Positions 1 through 9,167 of a stretch of 37,672 bases of DNA are shown piece after piece. The position numbers were made by a program, and so were the translations under genes. This stretch comes from a virus (taxonomy: Duplodnaviria; Caudoviricetes). The stretch spans positions 1 through 37,672 of IMG/VR virus record IMGVR_UViG_3300025875_000066; one strand, written 5' to 3'. The first letter of the stretch is position 1. Each line of letters opens with the position of its first letter. The notes beneath the pieces were generated by a model. That model saw only the letters and a list, made by a program, of their open reading frames with translations. It searched no databases and was not told the origin of the DNA.

Positions 1-127
1 ACGGCCGCTCTAAATACCATATTCGGTTCTGACGCCTCTCGAGCCGCCAGCATTTTCGCCGTACAAGGAGCTGACGCCTTTAATAAAATGTCTACCGCTG
101 TTAATAAGCAAGGAGCGGCTACCGACT
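1..127. repeat. Terminal direct repeat, left copy (127 bp; circular assembly overlap)
   Basis: Identical to 37546-37672; lies inside the in-frame tape measure gene. Confidence 0.97.
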
Positions 128-2052
128 TGGCCGCCGCTCAGAACTCAGGCTTTAACGGTGCTCTGGATAACCTTATTTCGACGCTGGAGACCGTCGGTAC
201 TGACTTAGGAACGAAAGTACTCCCTCCACTTACTGACTTCATTAAAACGCTCGCTAATGGCGTTCAGCCAGCCGTAGACTGGGCTATAAATAACTTCCCA
301 GTATTAGCCGCCGCCATGACGACCGTAGCCGTAGCTATCGGAATGTTTAAGCTTATGATGTTTGTCTCGGCTTTACAGGCTGTCGGCTTCGCCGCTACGA
401 ACCTCGGAATAGCTTTCACTTTCCTAGCCGCCCACCCGATCATTCTCGTATTTGCCGCTCTCGCCGGAACGCTAGTATTCCTTCAGTTGAAGTTTGATAT
501 TTTCGGAAAAGCTGTCGGCTTCGCCAAGGGAGTGATAGACGGCTTTAACCCGGCCGTAGAGACTGCTAAGAACTTCCTCGCCGGGCTGGTTAGTGGTGGC
601 CTCGACTTAGCCAACGCCGGAATAGATAAATTTAATCAGGCTCTCGAAGCTTCGAAGCAATTTATTAGCGATCATAAAAACGAAATCTTGATAGCCGCCG
701 GAGTGCTAGCTACTATATTCGGGCCTACGCTTGTTATGCTCGGCGTTCAGGCTCTAATCGCCGGAGGAAAAATCGCCGCTGGTGCTGTAATGGCTGGGGC
801 GGCTTGGGTAAAACAAGCGGCTCTTTCGGCCGGAGCTTGGCTCGTAGCATTACCGGGCGTTGTCGCTCGAGCCGCTTGGACTGGGCTCACTACCGCCGCT
901 CATGCTCTCGTAGCTGGTGGAGCTTGGGTATTACAGGCCGGACGAGCCGGGCTCGCTTGGACTGGCCAGTTTATAGCTATGGTCGCTAAATCTATTTGGG
1001 CTGGCGTTGTTATGGTCGCTCAGGCCGCCGCTATCGGTTGGGCTTGGCTGGCTCGTGGTGCTATGATTGCCCTTCCTTGGATAATTGCCTTCGGCTCTAT
1101 GGTCGTCGGTGCTATTGCCGCCGGGGTTAGTATTGCCGCCGCTGGTATTGCGGCCGCTATTCCTTGGCTTATTGCCTTCGCTCCAGTAATTGCGATCGTG
1201 GCCGCTGTAGCCGCCGCCGCTTGGCTGATTGTAAATAACTGGGGAGTTATTACGGCCTTTATGGGCGACCTCTGGGACAAGGTTCAGGCCGTCGTCGGAG
1301 GCTTCATAAATTGGATAAGAGGAAACTGGCCTTTACTCCTCGCAATTATTACCGGGCCTATCGGTCTCGCCGTACTCTACGTTATTCGCCACTGGGATAG
1401 TATTCGAGACGGAGCGGCCAATATGATAAACGGACTGGTCGGCTTCTTTACCGGGCTTCCGGGTCGTATCGGCCGGGCTGTTGGCAATATGGGAAGCTTA
1501 CTCTACAACTCGGGCCGAGACCTGATTAACGGCTTGTTAAATGGTGCTGGTTCGCTTCTGTCTAATATCGGTAATTTCTTCCTTGATAAAGTCCCGGGCT
1601 GGATAAAAGACCCATTCAAGAAAGCCCTCGGAATTCACTCGCCGAGTACTGTCTTCGCTGGCTTCGGTAGGAATACTATTCAGGGACTCGCTAACGGCCT
1701 TAACGGAGCTCGTAGGCTTATTGGTAACGCTATGGGTAATGTTAGCCGAGCGGTCTCTAGCGGCCTCTCAGTAACGGCCAAGCCTACAATCGACATAGAC
1801 CCACGAAACGACGACCCTTCAGCTCCAAACCCCGGCCCTTCGTTTGGCGGTGCTGGTGCTGGTACGGCGTTAAGCGTTCCTGTCTCTACTGGTAGCGGTG
1901 GCCCTCAAGTAACGGTAAACTTAACCGTAAACGGTAATATAATAGGAAATGCGAGCGGCCTTCGTGAACTAGCCGTAATACTAGCTCAGGAAGTCGAGAA
2001 CGCTCTTAAATCGCAAGGGACGACTGACGTTAATCAGTTGAGGACGGCATAA
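1..2052 (+). CDS. Tape measure protein, C-terminal part (continues from 36649 across the junction; ~982 aa in total)
   Basis: Frame is open from base 1 and continuous with 36649-37545; Ala/Gly-rich, Trp-periodic repeats; LGIHSPSTVF motif typical of TMPs. Confidence 0.93.
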   Translation, partial: TAALNTIFGSDASRAASIFAVQGADAFNKMSTAVNKQGAATDLAAAQNSGFNGALDNLISTLETVGTDLGTKVLPPLTDFIKTLANGVQPAVDWAINNFPVLAAAMTTVAVAIGMFKLMMFVSALQAVGFAATNLGIAFTFLAAHPIILVFAALAGTLVFLQLKFDIFGKAVGFAKGVIDGFNPAVETAKNFLAGLVSGGLDLANAGIDKFNQALEASKQFISDHKNEILIAAGVLATIFGPTLVMLGVQALIAGGKIAAGAVMAGAAWVKQAALSAGAWLVALPGVVARAAWTGLTTAAHALVAGGAWVLQAGRAGLAWTGQFIAMVAKSIWAGVVMVAQAAAIGWAWLARGAMIALPWIIAFGSMVVGAIAAGVSIAAAGIAAAIPWLIAFAPVIAIVAAVAAAAWLIVNNWGVITAFMGDLWDKVQAVVGGFINWIRGNWPLLLAIITGPIGLAVLYVIRHWDSIRDGAANMINGLVGFFTGLPGRIGRAVGNMGSLLYNSGRDLINGLLNGAGSLLSNIGNFFLDKVPGWIKDPFKKALGIHSPSTVFAGFGRNTIQGLANGLNGARRLIGNAMGNVSRAVSSGLSVTAKPTIDIDPRNDDPSAPNPGPSFGGAGAGTALSVPVSTGSGGPQVTVNLTVNGNIIGNASGLRELAVILAQEVENALKSQGTTDVNQLRTA

Positions 2053-2053
2053 T

Positions 2054-2392
2054 ATGACAATAAACGGAAACACAATACCAGACCCCCAAGGCTTACGAGA
2101 GTACTACAACTACGCTCGTAACGATAATCGCTCCCTAAACCACTCTCTCCAACGTAACCAAATGGGGAAAAAGAAAGTGGCCGAGCTGACTTGGACGAAT
2201 ATATTTCCCGACGAGCTGGCGAGTATTCTCGCTTGGGCCGACGCTGGCCCGGCCGTCGTTTATAACAATACTCAAAGTCGTTACGCTGTATGGGGTTTCA
2301 CTGGCTTAGTAACAATTATCGAGGACGGTAGTTATGTTAAGGGCGGTTCGTTTATGACTGATACCTTTAGCGTCCGAATAGAGGAGCAATAA
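2054..2392 (+). CDS. Putative distal tail/minor tail protein (112 aa)
   Basis: Directly after TMP; size and beta-rich pattern. Confidence 0.55.
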   Translation: MTINGNTIPDPQGLREYYNYARNDNRSLNHSLQRNQMGKKKVAELTWTNIFPDELASILAWADAGPAVVYNNTQSRYAVWGFTGLVTIIEDGSYVKGGSFMTDTFSVRIEEQ

Positions 2393-2396
2393 TAAA

Positions 2397-3983
2397 ATGC
2401 AAGTCGTAAGTTCAGCTTTTGAAGCCGCCGCCGCCGCCTCGTATAACGAGCCGAATTTTGGCGTTATGGTTTCTTGGCTAAAGAACTTCGACCCCGGCGT
2501 TCAATTCTTCCAAATTGGCGTTTCTCCTATCGGTGGAAACCACCCTATTAAGGGGAACAATAACGACATAACCCTATTCGATAAATACGACTATGATGTA
2601 GAAACCGAGCAAGTAAATAACCTGACTATCGAACGGACTATTTCGGCCATTCCTATCGGTACTATGTCGGCCCAGCTCGACCTCGAGCTCGACAATACTA
2701 CTAAGCGTTACCTACCGGGCTACGACCCCGAAATAGGCGATCATATCAAGCCGGGCCGCCCGGTTAAGGTAAACTCTGGCTTCGGTCTCGAGACGATACC
2801 CCAGTTCGTCGGCTACACTGGTCGCCCTAAAGTTAGCCTTGGAAAAAGGAAGTTTAACGTACACGCTTTCGACGCTATGGAATTTTTGAATAATTTCGAG
2901 AGTAAGTTGGCCATGCAAGTTAATATTAGTGCTAAGGACTTCATAGCTTTACTACTAACCGAGGCTGGTTTTTCGAGCTCTAATTTCGTACTCGAGGAGA
3001 GCGTTCAAGAGAATATAGCTTTCGTGAACCCTTACGGCCAAAAGTCCGGGCCTATGATCGCCAGCGTAGCCGAAGCCGAAGGTGGTATGTTCTTTTTCGA
3101 CGAGCAAGGTATCGGCCGCTTCTGGAACAGGCTTCATTTCGACCTTAACTCTACGCCTGTCGCTACCCTTAATTATTCCAACTTAATCGACCTTCAGTTT
3201 AAAGACACCCCTGTAATTAACCACGTTCGAGTAACTTCCAAGCCTCGAGCGGTTACGGCGAACCAGCTTATATACCGCCTCGCTCAAGCTGTCGAAATAC
3301 AGCCGGGCGAAATCCTTCGCTATCCGTTCGCCTTTAAGGACGACGACGGCGACCTTCCAGTTACCAGTGTTGATACGCCAACCTATGTAGACCTTCAAGT
3401 TACGAGCTTCTACCGAACAAACGTTAAGAACGACGGTTCAGGCGAGCCAGCTCAGGCTTACGTTTCCATGACTGACTTCGATACTTGGGGTACTGGCGGC
3501 GTTATAGAATTTACGAATAATTCTACCTCTCAAGTTATGTATATTACCGACCTTCAGCTATACGGTACTCCGGCCAAGGTAGTAACCACTATCGTCGAGG
3601 AGTATCTCGATCAGGATAGTATCGACGACAATGGCCTTAACCCTGATAATAGCGGCGTCGTAATGGAAGTTCAGAACGATTATATTCAAGATCGAGGAAC
3701 GGCCCAAGCTTACGCTTTCAATATCGTAAGTCAGTTCGCCAACGTCGGCCGCCAGCTGAGCGGTATTCCTTTCGCTAACCCAGCTTGGCAATTCGGCGAC
3801 GTATTCGCTGTAAATATCGAAGACACTGGCCAAACGCTTACTATGGTTATGCTCGGCAATAAACTAAATATGGATAGAACGACCGCCCTCAGCCAAGAAA
3901 TGACGCTCGAGGAGCGAGTATTTAGGAAATACTTCCAAATCGGGGTTAGCCAAATCGGAGGCCCGGACGCTATTCACGCCTAG
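2397..3983 (+). CDS. Tail tip/baseplate hub-like protein (528 aa)
   Basis: Position; hub-like segments (VAEAEGGMFFFDEQG, NPAWQFGD). Confidence 0.65.
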   Translation: MQVVSSAFEAAAAASYNEPNFGVMVSWLKNFDPGVQFFQIGVSPIGGNHPIKGNNNDITLFDKYDYDVETEQVNNLTIERTISAIPIGTMSAQLDLELDNTTKRYLPGYDPEIGDHIKPGRPVKVNSGFGLETIPQFVGYTGRPKVSLGKRKFNVHAFDAMEFLNNFESKLAMQVNISAKDFIALLLTEAGFSSSNFVLEESVQENIAFVNPYGQKSGPMIASVAEAEGGMFFFDEQGIGRFWNRLHFDLNSTPVATLNYSNLIDLQFKDTPVINHVRVTSKPRAVTANQLIYRLAQAVEIQPGEILRYPFAFKDDDGDLPVTSVDTPTYVDLQVTSFYRTNVKNDGSGEPAQAYVSMTDFDTWGTGGVIEFTNNSTSQVMYITDLQLYGTPAKVVTTIVEEYLDQDSIDDNGLNPDNSGVVMEVQNDYIQDRGTAQAYAFNIVSQFANVGRQLSGIPFANPAWQFGDVFAVNIEDTGQTLTMVMLGNKLNMDRTTALSQEMTLEERVFRKYFQIGVSQIGGPDAIHA

Positions 3984-3986
3984 AAA

Positions 3987-4002
3987 TGCTAAACTATAAG
4001 CA
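3987..4002 (+). promoter_or_regulatory. Extended -10 promoter box TGCTAAACTATAAGCA, copy 1
   Basis: TGn-TAAACT; identical 16-mer at 9123-9138. Confidence 0.6.
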
Positions 4003-4007
4003 GTAAT

Positions 4008-4017
4008 GAGACCTAAC
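4008..4017 (+). promoter_or_regulatory. GAGACCTAAC leader box
   Basis: Recurrent 10-mer; here just upstream of the AAAGGA SD of ORF 4035. Confidence 0.7.
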
Positions 4018-4034
4018 GAAAGGAAAAAATCATA

Positions 4035-4871
4035 ATGACATTAAGCAAAAGAGACGCCCACCTTAAAGACTACTTCTCAGCCGACCAGCTGAAGGGTCTC
4101 GACGAGGCCGAAAAGACTGTACTCTACGAAGAGTTTTCGAATAGCCAGCTTAAAGTTTTGGCCAGTCAAGAAATGGGAACTATTCATACTCAGCTCAAGA
4201 GATATTTAACCGCTGAAAATCATAGGCGACTTAGCCAGATACAGCCCGAAGAGTACGAGCTTCTAAAGCCTTGGTACTTGGAAACTTGCCATACGGTAGA
4301 CGAAATTATTTGTAGTAAATGCGGCGTTCTACTTGGCCTCGAGGTCGATACGATCGACGACGAAATGAACCCCTACCACCACGAAGGAAAGTTTGTCGTC
4401 GCTGTCGGCAATAAGCTTATGAGCTACCGACCACGCCTTGACGGTGTTATGGGCTACCAGTGTGGAAACATTATCGAAACTAAATATAAGTCGGCTTGGG
4501 ATAAGTACGGCGAAGACTTCGCTCAGTTCCAAAAGGACGAGGCTCGAGCTAAAGAGCAACACGAAGACGCTATACTTAAATATAATAATCTCTCGGAAAA
4601 GAAGAGAGAAAAAACCGAACAGCCAGTTTACGAAGGCCCGGTTACTCCCGAGAAACCAGAAGGCGAGCCCTACGAAGAGTGTACGAACGATACTCGTTGG
4701 GCTCAAATTGAAATTGACAATGTTCCTCAAGATCATGTAATGACTTCTATAACAAAAGAGGATAGAATTAAAGTTAAGCAGGAAATGAACGCCACGAACT
4801 ACGCTCCTGATGTAAAAACTACAAAGCGTGGTAAAAAGGTCGAGAGTTTCGAGCTCAGGAAGGTTAAATAG
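4035..4871 (+). CDS. Hypothetical protein with Cys ligands (CSKCG...YQCG...ECTND), 278 aa
   Basis: Long ORF with its own promoter and SD. Confidence 0.8.
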   Translation: MTLSKRDAHLKDYFSADQLKGLDEAEKTVLYEEFSNSQLKVLASQEMGTIHTQLKRYLTAENHRRLSQIQPEEYELLKPWYLETCHTVDEIICSKCGVLLGLEVDTIDDEMNPYHHEGKFVVAVGNKLMSYRPRLDGVMGYQCGNIIETKYKSAWDKYGEDFAQFQKDEARAKEQHEDAILKYNNLSEKKREKTEQPVYEGPVTPEKPEGEPYEECTNDTRWAQIEIDNVPQDHVMTSITKEDRIKVKQEMNATNYAPDVKTTKRGKKVESFELRKVK

Positions 4872-4873
4872 AT

Positions 4874-5425
4874 ATGTATTCAGCAGATAGTTTTACAGCG
4901 TTAGAAATTCCAACCCTAGCCAAAATGAACAAATTATGGAGTAACGACGCCTCTTTTAATAGCGGTGCTGGTATTGGGGATAATGCTATTCTAAATCGAC
5001 ACCTCGCCAGCGGTATCGTAACCCCAGCAGAACTTAACCTCGATGGAAAATTTGCCGAAGTTATAACTGGCCAAACTACGACTTCGAGCTCGTTTACGAA
5101 CCTCGCAACGGTTGGCCCTAGCATTACCGTTACTGTCGGCCAGAATGGTATTTTGCTTATCGGCTGTTCGGCTAGCGTTTCAAACGATACGACTAACAAC
5201 GGTGGGGCTATGGCTATCGACATTACTGGAGCGAATACTTTCGTCGCCAATCAGGGAGATACTGGCTTCGGAATTGCTACTAGCGTACCAACGGACAATA
5301 GCCGAACAGCGTTACTTACAGGTCTAACCCCCGGGCCGACGACACTCGTAGCAAAATACCGCCGTTACGGTGGTGGTGGTACGGCTACCTTTACAGCTCG
5401 TAAAATATGGGCTCTACCTCTTTAG
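4874..5425 (+). CDS. Putative tail fibre/receptor-binding protein (183 aa)
   Basis: Thr/Gly-rich beta-sandwich C-terminus; N-terminal PTLAKMN anchor-like motif. Confidence 0.6.
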   Translation: MYSADSFTALEIPTLAKMNKLWSNDASFNSGAGIGDNAILNRHLASGIVTPAELNLDGKFAEVITGQTTTSSSFTNLATVGPSITVTVGQNGILLIGCSASVSNDTTNNGGAMAIDITGANTFVANQGDTGFGIATSVPTDNSRTALLTGLTPGPTTLVAKYRRYGGGGTATFTARKIWALPL

Positions 5426-5447
5426 TAAATAAGTCTATAATAGGCTT

Positions 5448-6029
5448 ATGAGCGACCTAACATTTCGAAAAAAATCTATCCCCTTCCTCGGCCAAATTTA
5501 TGGTTATAACCGAAATGAGAATAGCGATAACGATATTAGTCAGGCTCTCGACTACGGCGACCTCGCTTATTTAGCCAACCCGACGACACTTAGGCCCGGC
5601 TACGGCGGTTCTTTTTACCCCCAGAAGGATAACTATATTCGTATTCTCCGGCCTATGCGGAGCGAGCTAGTCGGCGTATATTTAAACCTTGCTCTTAAAA
5701 CCGACGTCAGCGAACCAACTCCAGAGATAAGAATTAGCGTAACCAAAACAACTAGCGAAAATGATCTAAGCATAGTCGCCCTTACCTCTGACGAAATAAA
5801 GGCTAAGCATAGGACGCTTCGGGGTTCAGACGCTACGTTTAGCAATACGGCCGGGCAAATGATAGCTATTAACAAGCTCGATCTTACTCCACTCATTCCG
5901 ACTTTTGGAAACCCAGACTTTCGAACCGACTGTTTCGTTCTAGGTATTCATTTTCCAAATACGCCAGTAGCTTCGGGCTTCCACCTTTATAAATTAGAAA
6001 TTAACGCTTCGGCTCTGATTGTGAGTTAA
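5448..6029 (+). CDS. Hypothetical beta-rich protein (193 aa), probable paralog of 7191-7646
   Basis: Shares SIP and KLDLTPxI motifs; TATAAT 6 nt before the ATG. Confidence 0.75.
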   Translation: MSDLTFRKKSIPFLGQIYGYNRNENSDNDISQALDYGDLAYLANPTTLRPGYGGSFYPQKDNYIRILRPMRSELVGVYLNLALKTDVSEPTPEIRISVTKTTSENDLSIVALTSDEIKAKHRTLRGSDATFSNTAGQMIAINKLDLTPLIPTFGNPDFRTDCFVLGIHFPNTPVASGFHLYKLEINASALIVS

Positions 6030-6031
6030 AT

Positions 6032-7189
6032 ATGGACGACGGAAAAAGAGCAATAGGACGCCCCCGAAATACCTTCAAACAAGATTATGAAGTTTTTCTT
6101 GGCGGCGGTATGGGAGCTGGTGGCCTTGCTACGCCGACGGTGGTTACTCGCTATACTTTCTGGGTAGATCATAACCCCTTCGCTACCTTTATTCGTCGGC
6201 TCGTTACACGAAATAATTCTTTCGAAATATATAAAACAGGTATTCCGGTAGGTAGTGGATATTACGACCCGGACGAAAACAGCTTAGCCGACCTATATGT
6301 TAGCTTCGATCAGTCGAACGATCGCCCGGACGAAATGTTTACTAAGTACGAAGAGCTTACCTCGAGGCGTATCGTCTTAGTTCCGGGCTCTCAGCCGCCG
6401 CCATATTTCTTTAATACCACCACTATAAAACAGCCTGTAGACCCTCGCTATATAACCGATCAGGGGAACTTCGTCTACTACGCTTACGGTAGCAACGGCC
6501 AAGGCGTAGCGAAGACAGGGACTAACGACTTCGTGGCTCAGACGTTTGTTCCAACTTCGCCGCTTTTGACAAGCTTATTTTTGAGAGATATTTTCCATAT
6601 AGGCGATTACACAAACCCGGCCAATTTTCGAGATATTATCGTCGAGCTATGGGACGCCAATCGAAATTTCTACGCTAACGTGGGTATCATTCCGAAGGAG
6701 TACGTTCAGGGTTCTAAGCCGAATAACCATACCGACGCCAATGGTAATAAAATTACGACGGCTACCGATACTTGGGTAACGGCCAGCGACAGTAATAAAT
6801 ACTGGATAGAGATACAGGAAGTATGTCTTCGGCCGAAGACACCGATTAAGCTTGTTCCGGGCCAGACCTACTATATCGTTATTCGCCATACGTCGCCGAC
6901 CTCGAGCTTCCTCTATGGTGTTGGAGCTAATACCGGGAGTAATGGGCTTTATAATGAGAATGGCCGCTATATTTATGGCCGGGCTTATAGTGGCGTTGGT
7001 TCGGCTGGTTCGAATACTGTAACCCCAGCCCCTACGAACGTTAGTCTATGCTTCACTACTCAGCGTAACGTCGGCCGGACGGCTATTACTTTCTACTGGG
7101 GGAATGGCGGCTTTTTATGGGCCAGCCCCGACGTAATGCTAGGACAATTTGAATTCGTAAAAGAAGACTTCGATCAGGCGGAAATATAA
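6032..7189 (+). CDS. Putative virion-associated beta-sandwich protein (385 aa)
   Basis: VAQTF...LVPGQTYYIVI pattern seen in adhesin/carbohydrate-binding-like domains. Confidence 0.6.
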   Translation: MDDGKRAIGRPRNTFKQDYEVFLGGGMGAGGLATPTVVTRYTFWVDHNPFATFIRRLVTRNNSFEIYKTGIPVGSGYYDPDENSLADLYVSFDQSNDRPDEMFTKYEELTSRRIVLVPGSQPPPYFFNTTTIKQPVDPRYITDQGNFVYYAYGSNGQGVAKTGTNDFVAQTFVPTSPLLTSLFLRDIFHIGDYTNPANFRDIIVELWDANRNFYANVGIIPKEYVQGSKPNNHTDANGNKITTATDTWVTASDSNKYWIEIQEVCLRPKTPIKLVPGQTYYIVIRHTSPTSSFLYGVGANTGSNGLYNENGRYIYGRAYSGVGSAGSNTVTPAPTNVSLCFTTQRNVGRTAITFYWGNGGFLWASPDVMLGQFEFVKEDFDQAEI

Positions 7190-7190
7190 T

Positions 7191-7646
7191 ATGGATAATG
7201 GAAAAGGTCAAAAATTCCCATACAGCTATAAGACGGTATCTATCCCGGTAAATCGTCAGTATAGCTTTAATAAGCCACGCCTCGAGATAATTAACCCCCA
7301 AAATTTGTATGAGGTAGAGTTGCTTTATACCCATATCCGAATTATTTTTGATAACTCTATAGCTAGTAATTTGAAAATGATTAAAGCCGTTACGGTTACT
7401 GGCCTCGACGAAGACGGTTTTGTAGTTCGTGCCGCTAAGGGTCTTACGCTTAACCGCTCGGCCGTCGGTAATATTTTAGATGTTAAGCTCGATCTTACCC
7501 CTTTCATCTATAAGACTGGTCGCAATCTAATAACTTTCGAAGTTCCGGCGGCTGGGGAATACGCCGATCAGGGTAGCATAATCGGAACGAATATACTTCA
7601 AATCTGGAAAGCTGACATGGCCTATACAGTGAAAGGAATAGCGTAA
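7191..7646 (+). CDS. Hypothetical beta-rich protein (151 aa)
   Basis: Coupled ORF; KLDLTPFI motif. Confidence 0.75.
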   Translation: MDNGKGQKFPYSYKTVSIPVNRQYSFNKPRLEIINPQNLYEVELLYTHIRIIFDNSIASNLKMIKAVTVTGLDEDGFVVRAAKGLTLNRSAVGNILDVKLDLTPFIYKTGRNLITFEVPAAGEYADQGSIIGTNILQIWKADMAYTVKGIA

Positions 7647-8011
7647 TGGTTAAAGTCCCTCAATCCGTCGAGCTTCTGAATTTTGTAGACCCGGACGAAA
7701 AACGCCCGAAGGCCGACAAGCCAATTACTATTTCGAAGTCCGAGCTGAACAAGCGTCTGGAAATGAAGCCCGGAGAAGTCAAGGCGTGGCGAGATAATCA
7801 GCGGCCAGAATTTAAAAAGAAGCGTATTCGAAAAAGGAAATGTCCGTTTTGCGGTTTTCACTTCCGGGGGCTTAAAACTGTTTGTCCTCGCTGTAAGAAC
7901 TGTCAGGCTTGCGGCTCTTACACCGGGCCACAAGGAGACGTAATATGTCCAATTTGTGGGAATACCGATAGAAAAAAAACTGAACTTGTGCCTACTATAA
8001 ATATAGGATAA
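7646..8011 (+). CDS. Basic zinc-ribbon protein with four CxxC (121 aa)
   Basis: CPFC, CPRC, CQAC, CPIC; TAATG overlap. Confidence 0.75.
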   Translation: MVKVPQSVELLNFVDPDEKRPKADKPITISKSELNKRLEMKPGEVKAWRDNQRPEFKKKRIRKRKCPFCGFHFRGLKTVCPRCKNCQACGSYTGPQGDVICPICGNTDRKKTELVPTINIG

Positions 8012-8049
8012 GTAAAAGCTTTCGCCAGTAAAGCATTAAAGGTTACAAT

Positions 8050-8385
8050 ATGGATAGCGTAAGTAATATCAGTGAAGCGAGAACTATGGGCGTCAAAGAC
8101 CAACTGAAACAAATTCAAAATAATACAGATGATAAAAGCATGGCCTTACTAGCTCAGGCTATGGAGTATATGGTTACAAATTTCGAAGAGTTTAAAAAAG
8201 AAACTAACGATAATTTTACCGAGCTAAAGAACAATACTAAAGGGGAGTATACCCCAGTTTCCACTTCTAAAGACCATGAGAAGCGTATAGCTCGGCTGGA
8301 AAAAGCCGCTCTATGGGTGCTCGGAACGACCTTCGGGCTTGTATTCGTGGCCGTTGTGGGTCTAGTATTAGTAAAGGGAAGTTAA
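8050..8385 (+). CDS. Coiled-coil protein with C-terminal TM helix (holin-accessory/XhlA-like)
   Basis: DHEKRIARLE followed by a hydrophobic helix; upstream of the endolysin; start uncertain. Confidence 0.55.
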   Translation: MDSVSNISEARTMGVKDQLKQIQNNTDDKSMALLAQAMEYMVTNFEEFKKETNDNFTELKNNTKGEYTPVSTSKDHEKRIARLEKAALWVLGTTFGLVFVAVVGLVLVKGS

Positions 8386-8390
8386 TAATT

Positions 8391-9128
8391 ATGATGAAAC
8401 ACAAGCTAAGATATGGAATACTCGCCGGGTTCTTCGCCCTTGGTACTTTTGCTATGGTCGCTTATGTAGTTATTCAAGCTATCATTCCGGCCGACGTTGG
8501 AAAATTTAACGAACTCAGGCTCGACACTAAAGAAGTAAAAGCCGGGTCTCTCGTGTTTTATGAGGCTCACGATTGTAAGCCTTCGAATTATCAAGCTGAC
8601 ATTTTCCGAACTATTAGCACTAATACCGTACCTCCTGAAATTACCCTTTCAGCTGGTGCTCGTTTTGACGATCGCCTCCTGTGTCGTAACGCTATTCTTA
8701 TTCCAAGTGAAGCCCCGACCGGGGAATATAGGCTTACTATTACTGTCGAATATTCTATAAATCCATTCCAAACTAAAACCGAAACTTATGTTTCCGACCC
8801 ATTCAAGGTTACGAACGATAACGAAGAATTTAACATTTTACAAGACGCCGTTCGAAACGAACAAGAGCGTCGAACCGATCAGCCTCATACTCCGGCCACT
8901 CCTACAGTTCCCAGCCCAAGCTCTAGCGTACCTGATACTAGCCCTATAGCTAGTCGGCCGACTACCCCAACCCCTCAGCCCAGCACTCCTACCCCAGACC
9001 CCGAAACGGCTATTCCTCAAGGCCCAGTTCAGAGAACCGTAAATGACGTACTGAATGGCGTTGGTAACGGTGTTAATGATATAACCCAACCCCTGTTATG
9101 CAACCCACTGTTGTCAATTTCGTGCTAA
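8391..9128 (+). CDS. Membrane-anchored protein with Ig-like domain and Pro/Thr-rich tail (~245 aa; start revised to ATG 8391)
   Basis: Basic N-terminus, TM helix, beta domain with a Cys pair, PTP linker. Confidence 0.7.
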   Translation: MMKHKLRYGILAGFFALGTFAMVAYVVIQAIIPADVGKFNELRLDTKEVKAGSLVFYEAHDCKPSNYQADIFRTISTNTVPPEITLSAGARFDDRLLCRNAILIPSEAPTGEYRLTITVEYSINPFQTKTETYVSDPFKVTNDNEEFNILQDAVRNEQERRTDQPHTPATPTVPSPSSSVPDTSPIASRPTTPTPQPSTPTPDPETAIPQGPVQRTVNDVLNGVGNGVNDITQPLLCNPLLSISC

Positions 9129-9164
9129 ACTATAAGCACTTACTCGTTAAAAAGGAGACCTAAC
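9123..9164 (+). promoter_or_regulatory. Endolysin promoter (TGCTAAACTATAAGCA) and AAAGGAGACCTAAC RBS box
   Basis: Both recurrent motifs present. Confidence 0.7.
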
Positions 9165-9167
9165 AAA

